Notes under the pieces: generated by a model
What the model was told of the DNA's origin: nothing
Database searches by the model: none
What the model saw: the letters and a program-made list of their open reading frames with translations, nothing else
Program-made: the position numbers and the translations under genes
Source of the DNA: an uncultured Thermoleophilia bacterium
GTDB lineage: Bacteria; Actinomycetota; Thermoleophilia; UBA2241
DNA: 64,000 nt
Assembly (NCBI GenBank): GCA_963702475.1
Contig: CAVPCT010000003.1
Span: 1,024,001-1,088,000 of the forward strand
Reading direction: 5' to 3'
Shown here: one piece after another, positions 58,554-64,000 of the stretch
Layout: every line of letters begins with the position of its first letter
Numbering within the stretch: position 1 is the stretch's first letter

Positions 58554-60232
58554 AGCTTCTGCGAGCCGTGCTGGCGCGCCTCGACCCATGGGCCGCCATC
58601 GTGCTCGGCGTCCTCGTCGCCCTCGGCGTCGTCATCCTGCTTGCCACACCCGGACCGTGGCACAAGGTCGTCGGGCCGCCGCCGGCGGTGGACCTGGCGC
58701 CGCCGCCCCCGACCGATCTGGCCGTGTTCGCGCTCACCGGCCCTCGGCGGGCGTGTGAGGCGGTCGTGTGGGTCCACGTGGACCACGAGGTCCCCTCGCT
58801 GACGGCCGTGGTCTGCGCGCCTCCCACTCAGGGCTTCCTGGCCGGCGCCGGCTTCATGCCGCTTACGAAGATGGTGGATGCGGCCGGACCGGCAGCCGCC
58901 ACGACCGCGCTCGGACAGGAGCTGGGCGTCCACATGGACGCCTGGCTGACGCTGGACGACGAGGCCGTGCGCATCGCGTTCTCGGCGGCCGAGCCTGCCG
59001 GGTCCGGGAGCGCCAGGGTGGTGCAGTATCGCGGCTGGGAGGGCGCCTGGAACGGCTCCGTGGGTCCCGTGCGCGCCTGGCGGCTGCAGACGACCGCGCT
59101 GGCACAGAGCTTGCTGCGCGTGCCCTGGGGACGCACCAGCATCATCGGCTTCGCCAACTACGTGCTCGGCTTCGGTCACGTTCGCACGGACATGGATCTC
59201 CAGCAGGCCACGTCGCTCGCCACCACGCTGAAGGCGCTACCGCCGTCGCAGGCGGGCGCGTGTGCGGTGCCGGCGCTCGTCGAGACGTGCCGCGCCGGCC
59301 GGGCGTGGCGGGTGGACCCTGGGGCGGCCGCGGTCCTGCGCCGGGAGCTGGCCGCAGGCCGCCTCCCGGAGCCCGCGCGGCCGGTAATCACGCTCGCTGC
59401 GGTCCCGGCCAGGGTGCTGGTCGTGCTGCCCGGCCGGCGGCCGGCTGCGCGCGCCTACGTCGACGAGGTCCGGCGCCAGCTTGCGGTGTCCGCCGGCGCC
59501 CCCGTCGCCGTGAAGGCGATCACCGTGACCGCGTGGCCGCGCCTGGCGGCGCGTACCGTGGCCGCGGCGCGGGCGTGGCGTCCGCTGGCGGTGCTGGTCG
59601 GCCCGCCCGTGGCCTCGTCCTCCGCCGAGGCGGCCGAGGCCCTGGCCTCGTTGCGCGTGCTCGGCATCGCGCTGCGCATCAACTGGCTGCCGGCTGTGGT
59701 GAGCCGGCCGTTTCCCACCGAGACCACCGGAACGGTCGTGCCCGGCGCTGCCGACCTGCACGCGGCCGTCGTCACGTCGCGCCAGCCAGTGTCGCCGCTC
59801 GCCGCGCCGTCCGGCGAGACGGCCGCCGCCGCGCAGTCCAGCGAAATGACCGCCGCGGCAGAGGCGCGCCGCGCCGCGCGGGCGAACGTGGCCACGCTGG
59901 TGCGCGCCTGCCGGTCGGGCACACTGGCGCCGCACCTCGCGTCGACGCGGCTCGGCTTCTCCTTCGCCGCCCGCAGGCGCACCCATGTGGCGGTGCTCGC
60001 GCCGGCCCCTGACCTCGCGGCGAGCTACGCGGCCAGACTGCGGACATGGGGCTTCCAGGCCCGCGCGGAGACGGATGAGTTGTGGACGCCCCCGCTCCTG
60101 CGTGAGGCTGTGTTCTACCACGACGGCGAGCGGCGTGCCGCCGTGTCGCTCGCCGGGGACCTCGGGCTGCCTGTGTCCGCGGTCGCCGCCGAGCCCGGCG
60201 GCCCGGCGCAGCTGACGTTGTCGGTCAAGTGA
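58550..60232 (+). CDS. Degenerate LCP-like membrane-anchored protein with C-terminal LytR_C-like domain
   Basis: N-terminal TM; segment colinear with the LCP core but lacking catalytic motifs; VRTDMDL; DLAASYAARLRTWGF...AVFY...AVSLAGDLG; GTGA overlap. Confidence 0.65.
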   Translation: MKLLRAVLARLDPWAAIVLGVLVALGVVILLATPGPWHKVVGPPPAVDLAPPPPTDLAVFALTGPRRACEAVVWVHVDHEVPSLTAVVCAPPTQGFLAGAGFMPLTKMVDAAGPAAATTALGQELGVHMDAWLTLDDEAVRIAFSAAEPAGSGSARVVQYRGWEGAWNGSVGPVRAWRLQTTALAQSLLRVPWGRTSIIGFANYVLGFGHVRTDMDLQQATSLATTLKALPPSQAGACAVPALVETCRAGRAWRVDPGAAAVLRRELAAGRLPEPARPVITLAAVPARVLVVLPGRRPAARAYVDEVRRQLAVSAGAPVAVKAITVTAWPRLAARTVAAARAWRPLAVLVGPPVASSSAEAAEALASLRVLGIALRINWLPAVVSRPFPTETTGTVVPGAADLHAAVVTSRQPVSPLAAPSGETAAAAQSSEMTAAAEARRAARANVATLVRACRSGTLAPHLASTRLGFSFAARRRTHVAVLAPAPDLAASYAARLRTWGFQARAETDELWTPPLLREAVFYHDGERRAAVSLAGDLGLPVSAVAAEPGGPAQLTLSVK

Positions 60233-60233
60233 A

Positions 60234-60269
60234 CGACGAAGCGCCCTCCGGAGGGAGGGCGCTTCGTCG
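60234..60269. terminator. Probable bidirectional terminator
   Basis: 16-bp perfect inverted repeat CGACGAAGCGCCCTCC-ggag-GGAGGGCGCTTCGTCG between convergent genes. Confidence 0.75.
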
Positions 60270-60291
60270 CAGACGGGTCTGCCGCGGGTGT

Positions 60292-60666
60292 CTAGGCCGA
60301 GACGCGGCGGCGAAGATAGGCTCCGCCCCCGATCAGTCCCAGCCCGGCGCCGAGGATGAGGATGACCTCACCGCCGGTGAACGCGAGCTCGCCGCTCTGC
60401 TCGCCGGGAGCCTGCAGGCTGGCGAGGTAGTCCTCGAGGGTGCCTTTGACCCCTCCGTACTCGTCCTCCGTGGGGTTGTTCTCCACGTACGCCAGAGCCG
60501 CGCGGATCTGCTCGGCAGTCCAGTCCTCGCCGTCGATGGTGCCGTCCCTGGCGTCGTCGATGATGGCGTCGATCGTGTCCTGAGAGACCGCGGCCGACGC
60601 GGCGACGGCGAACACCAGAAGGAGGACAAGCGCGAGCGCCAGAACGGCAACGAACTTGGCCTTCAT
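60292..60666 (-). CDS. Small secreted protein with C-terminal LAFTG sortase-type sorting signal
   Basis: Signal peptide MKAKFVAVLALALVLLLVFAVAASA; acidic core; ELAFTG + hydrophobic helix + RRR tail. Confidence 0.8.
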   Translation of the reverse strand: MKAKFVAVLALALVLLLVFAVAASAAVSQDTIDAIIDDARDGTIDGEDWTAEQIRAALAYVENNPTEDEYGGVKGTLEDYLASLQAPGEQSGELAFTGGEVILILGAGLGLIGGGAYLRRRVSA

Positions 60667-60806
60667 GTTTTCACCCCCCCTCGAGCCACGTGGTCCGGTC
60701 GTGATGACCGGGCACTTACCACTGCTTATACCATTCGACTACGACCAAGACCATATGTCGGCACCGACTTCGTGCCTCTGAAGCCCGGCGGGTAGGGTCG
60801 CCGTCG

Positions 60807-62930
60807 ATGCTTACCGCTATAATCCCAGCGATGGAGCCCGGCGTAAACACACTCCGTTGGCGCGCGGGCCGCATCCGTGACGTCTTCCCCTTCGCGCTCA
60901 CCCTCGTGTGCGCCGGCGCTCTGTGCTTTCTCTCCGGCGGTTTCATCTTCACGAGGAGCGCTCCCGTCGCCATCGTCTACCTGCTCGCCGCCGCGCTGTG
61001 GGTCTGGTTCCTGCGCCGTCGCACCGCTCCTTCGCCGCTCTTCCTCGTCACCCTTGCGGCATTCGGTCTGTTCGTGGCGTGGACGGGCCTCTCCGTCCTC
61101 TGGTCGCTGGGGCCGGACAGGAGCTGGATGGCGTTCGACGTGGCGGCTCTGTATCTGTGCGTCCTGGGCGTCGTGGGGCTCACACCCGCGGGGCCGCTCC
61201 AGCTCCGTGTCGCCGGGTTCGGTTTTCTCGTCGTCTGCGTCGCCGTCGGCGTCTACGCGCTGCTCGGAAAGGTGACCCCCGATGTGGTGACGCACGCGCA
61301 CCTGTACGCGAGGCTGACCAGCCCTGTCGGGTACTGGAACGTGCTTGCGTTGCTGATGGTGATGGGCTTCGTCGTCGCGCTCTCTCTGGCGGGGGACCCT
61401 CGGGCGCATCCGTCTTGGAGGGTGATCGCCGCTGTGGCCGGCGTTCCGCTCCTCCTGACGTTCTTCTACAGCTTGTCGCGTGGCGGCTGGGTCGCGCTCG
61501 CAGTCGCTCTGGCGTTCTACTTCGCGCTCTCCACGAGCAGGTTGTCCAGCTTCGTCAGCCTCGCGGTCATGGTCGCACCCGGCGCCGCAGTCGCCTGGGG
61601 GCTTCGCGGCCTGTCGACCCTGGTCACCGCCACCACTGACGATGCTTTGCGCACCGCTGAAGGGCACACGCTGCTGCGCTGGACGCTGGTCGCGCTCGCG
61701 GTGACGGGCGCTCTGCAGGCGCTCGTCGTGCTGGCGCAGCGCCTGGTGCCGTGGCCGCCCCGGGCGCGTCTCGTCGCCGGCGTCGCCGTGGTCTTCGTGC
61801 TGGTGGGCGTCGCCTCCGTCGGCTCTTGGCGGTTCCTCGAGCCGCGCGGTGCCACGAGGTGGATCGAAGACCGCCTACACACGTTCATCGCCGGCGACGA
61901 CGAGACGTATGCACACGAGGGCACGTCGCGTCTCATCTCCCTGAACACCGGCCGTCCGCCGTTGTGGCGGGAAGCGCTGCAGCAGTCCCGCTCTGCCCGT
62001 GCCGCGGGCACCGGCGCGGACACGTTCGTGTTCACGCACGAGCGCTTTCGTGAGAACGGAGCCGTGGTCAAGGATGCGCACAGCCAGTGGTTCAACGTCC
62101 TCAGTGAGCTCGGTGTCGTCGGCCTCGTCCTTTTCGTGGCAGCCATGGCGCTGGTCGTGGCATCGGCAGTGCGCAATCCATTCAGGGACAGAGGCGACCC
62201 CCTTCGGCCGCTCGTCGTGGCCCTGCAGGCCGGGGTGGTCGCCTTCATCGTCCACATCTCTTGGGACTGGGACTGGGACATGGCGGCCGTGACCGTCGTC
62301 TTCCTGCTGTTCGCCGCCACGTGTTCGACGTATCTGGCCACGCGCCGGGACACGGTGGAGTCGGCGGTCCGCGGAGCTGCCGCGAGCCTTGGGGCCGGCG
62401 CCGGCGGCGTAGTCGTGCCGTCGGGCTCGGCGCGCACCCCGATCGACGAGTCGCAGCCCCTTCGCAGCTGCCCGGGCCCGGACGAGCCGCATCGCAGGTC
62501 CGCCATGACTTTGGCGCTCCGTGTCGGCGCCAGCACTGCGCTCGTGGTGCTGGTAGCGAGCTGGCTGTTCCCGTACCTCTCGCTGCGCGCGGAACAGGCC
62601 GCCGCGACTGCGTCGAGCAGGGGCGATCCAGCCGCGGCTCTCGGCCAGGTGCAGCGCGCCGAGCGCTTGAATCCTCTGGCTGCGGATCCGCTCGTCACGC
62701 AGGCGTTGCTGCTGCAGCACCTCGGACGCAACGGCGAGGCGCTCGAGACGCTGCGGCGGGCAGAGCGACTTCAGCCGGACTACGCCAAGCCGTACTTCTA
62801 CGAGGGTGTGCTGCTCCTCACGGCGTTCGACGACCGCGAGGGAGCGATCGCCGCCCTCACGCACGCCCTCGCTCTCAATCCTTTCGATCGCCTGGCGCGC
62901 TACGAGCTCGAGCAGGCCTTCCGTCGCTGA
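60807..62930 (+). CDS. O-antigen ligase (Wzy_C) family membrane protein with C-terminal TPR
   Basis: Multi-TM; RLTSPVGYWN, SLSRGG, GTGADTF, AHSQWFNVLSELG; TPR-like ALALNP repeats. Confidence 0.85.
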   Translation: MLTAIIPAMEPGVNTLRWRAGRIRDVFPFALTLVCAGALCFLSGGFIFTRSAPVAIVYLLAAALWVWFLRRRTAPSPLFLVTLAAFGLFVAWTGLSVLWSLGPDRSWMAFDVAALYLCVLGVVGLTPAGPLQLRVAGFGFLVVCVAVGVYALLGKVTPDVVTHAHLYARLTSPVGYWNVLALLMVMGFVVALSLAGDPRAHPSWRVIAAVAGVPLLLTFFYSLSRGGWVALAVALAFYFALSTSRLSSFVSLAVMVAPGAAVAWGLRGLSTLVTATTDDALRTAEGHTLLRWTLVALAVTGALQALVVLAQRLVPWPPRARLVAGVAVVFVLVGVASVGSWRFLEPRGATRWIEDRLHTFIAGDDETYAHEGTSRLISLNTGRPPLWREALQQSRSARAAGTGADTFVFTHERFRENGAVVKDAHSQWFNVLSELGVVGLVLFVAAMALVVASAVRNPFRDRGDPLRPLVVALQAGVVAFIVHISWDWDWDMAAVTVVFLLFAATCSTYLATRRDTVESAVRGAAASLGAGAGGVVVPSGSARTPIDESQPLRSCPGPDEPHRRSAMTLALRVGASTALVVLVASWLFPYLSLRAEQAAATASSRGDPAAALGQVQRAERLNPLAADPLVTQALLLQHLGRNGEALETLRRAERLQPDYAKPYFYEGVLLLTAFDDREGAIAALTHALALNPFDRLARYELEQAFRR

Positions 62931-63022
62931 CCCCCCGGCCGGCGGGCGCGCCGGGGCCGCGCCGACCCCTGTGGTAGACTTCCGCGCGTAGTTCCTCACG
63001 CCACCCGGAGGTGCTCCCCGCC

Positions 63023-64000
63023 ATGCAGCCAGCCGCTCCCATCGGCGTCGTCGGCACGGGCTACGTCGGCCTCGTCTCGGCCGTGTGCTTCGCCCATCTG
63101 GGCCACCGCGTGGTGTGCATGGATGTCGACGAGAGCAAGATCGCTCGGCTGCGCCGGGGGGAGGCGCCCATCTACGAGCCGGGGCTCGACAAGCTCATCG
63201 ACGACAACGCCTCCCGCCTGTCGTTCACCACGTCATACGACGAACTGCTGGATGCCTCCACCGTGCTGTTCATCGCCGTGGACACGCCGCCGTCGCCATC
63301 CGGCGACGCCGACCTGTCGCGCGTGCAGTTCGCGACCTCCGAGATAGCGCGTCGGGGCGGACCGCGGCTCCTCGTCATGAAGAGCACCGTGCCGGTGGGC
63401 ACCGGCGAGAAGGTCATGGCCGATCTCGAGGCCATGGGTGCTATGGACATCACCTACACCTCGAACCCCGAGTTCCTGCGCGAGGGCGCCGCCATCCAGG
63501 ACTTCCTCGAGCCCGACCGCATCGTGATCGGCGCGTCGTCGCAGGCCGACGGCGACGTGGTCGAGGCGCTGTACCGGGGCATCGACACCGACGTGGTGCG
63601 CACCAGCGTGGCCACGGCCGAGATGATCAAGTACGCCTCGAACGCCTTCCTGGCCACCAAGATCTCGTTCATCAACGAGATCGCCAACGTGTGCGAGCAG
63701 GTGGGCGCCGATGTGCGCACCGTGGCCAGGGGCATGGGCCTGGACCACCGTATCGGACCGCACTTCCTGCAGGCCGGCATAGGCTACGGCGGCTCGTGCT
63801 TCCCCAAGGACGTGCAGGCGCTCAAGCAGCTGGCGGGCAACACGGGCTACCACTTCCAGCTGCTGAACGCCGTCATCGAGGTCAACGCCCTGCAGAAGCG
63901 GCGCGTGGTCGGCAAGCTCAAGCAGCACCTCGGCGGCTTGCGCGGCAAGACGGTGGCCCTGCTCGGGCTCACGTTCAAGCCTCAGACCGATGACCTGCGC
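63023..64000 (+). CDS. ugd: UDP-glucose/GDP-mannose dehydrogenase (partial, runs off the window)
   Basis: GTGYVG, PIYEPGL, KSTVPVGT, SNPEFLREG, KYASNAFLA, GYGGSCFPKD. Confidence 0.95.
   Translation, partial: MQPAAPIGVVGTGYVGLVSAVCFAHLGHRVVCMDVDESKIARLRRGEAPIYEPGLDKLIDDNASRLSFTTSYDELLDASTVLFIAVDTPPSPSGDADLSRVQFATSEIARRGGPRLLVMKSTVPVGTGEKVMADLEAMGAMDITYTSNPEFLREGAAIQDFLEPDRIVIGASSQADGDVVEALYRGIDTDVVRTSVATAEMIKYASNAFLATKISFINEIANVCEQVGADVRTVARGMGLDHRIGPHFLQAGIGYGGSCFPKDVQALKQLAGNTGYHFQLLNAVIEVNALQKRRVVGKLKQHLGGLRGKTVALLGLTFKPQTDDLR

Overview
High-GC (roughly 70%) bacterial chromosomal segment. Gene content and order (HisZ plus short HisG; tsaC-rpiB-glyA-deaminase-tagO-atp-murA; LAxTG sorting signal) suggest a deep-branching actinobacterium such as Thermoleophilia; this is inference. 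In order: a secreted protein; SulP transporter; leuA-leuC-leuD-leuB-ilvE-cimA operon behind a Leu-codon leader that can pair with the leuA RBS; HicA-like/Phd-HicB toxin-antitoxin pair; collapsed type I R-M remnant; DUF1624 protein; divergent enolase plus MOFRL glycerate kinase; MFS; sbcDC; dnaE; hisZGDBHAF with a degenerate HisG; tsaC, phzF, rpiB, glyA, deaminase, tagO; an inserted PAS-LuxR-regulated FAD-dehydrogenase/Fe-S/small protein/ETF/membrane oxidoreductase module; F1Fo ATP synthase; murA; and a cell-envelope cluster (LCP, pseudo-LCP, LAFTG-anchored small protein, O-antigen-ligase/TPR, ugd). Many single-base frameshifts, dense at about 13-23 kb and also in atpA and murA, look like long-read indel errors. 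No rRNA, tRNA, CRISPR array or transposase was recognised. All calls are by eye; no database searches were run.
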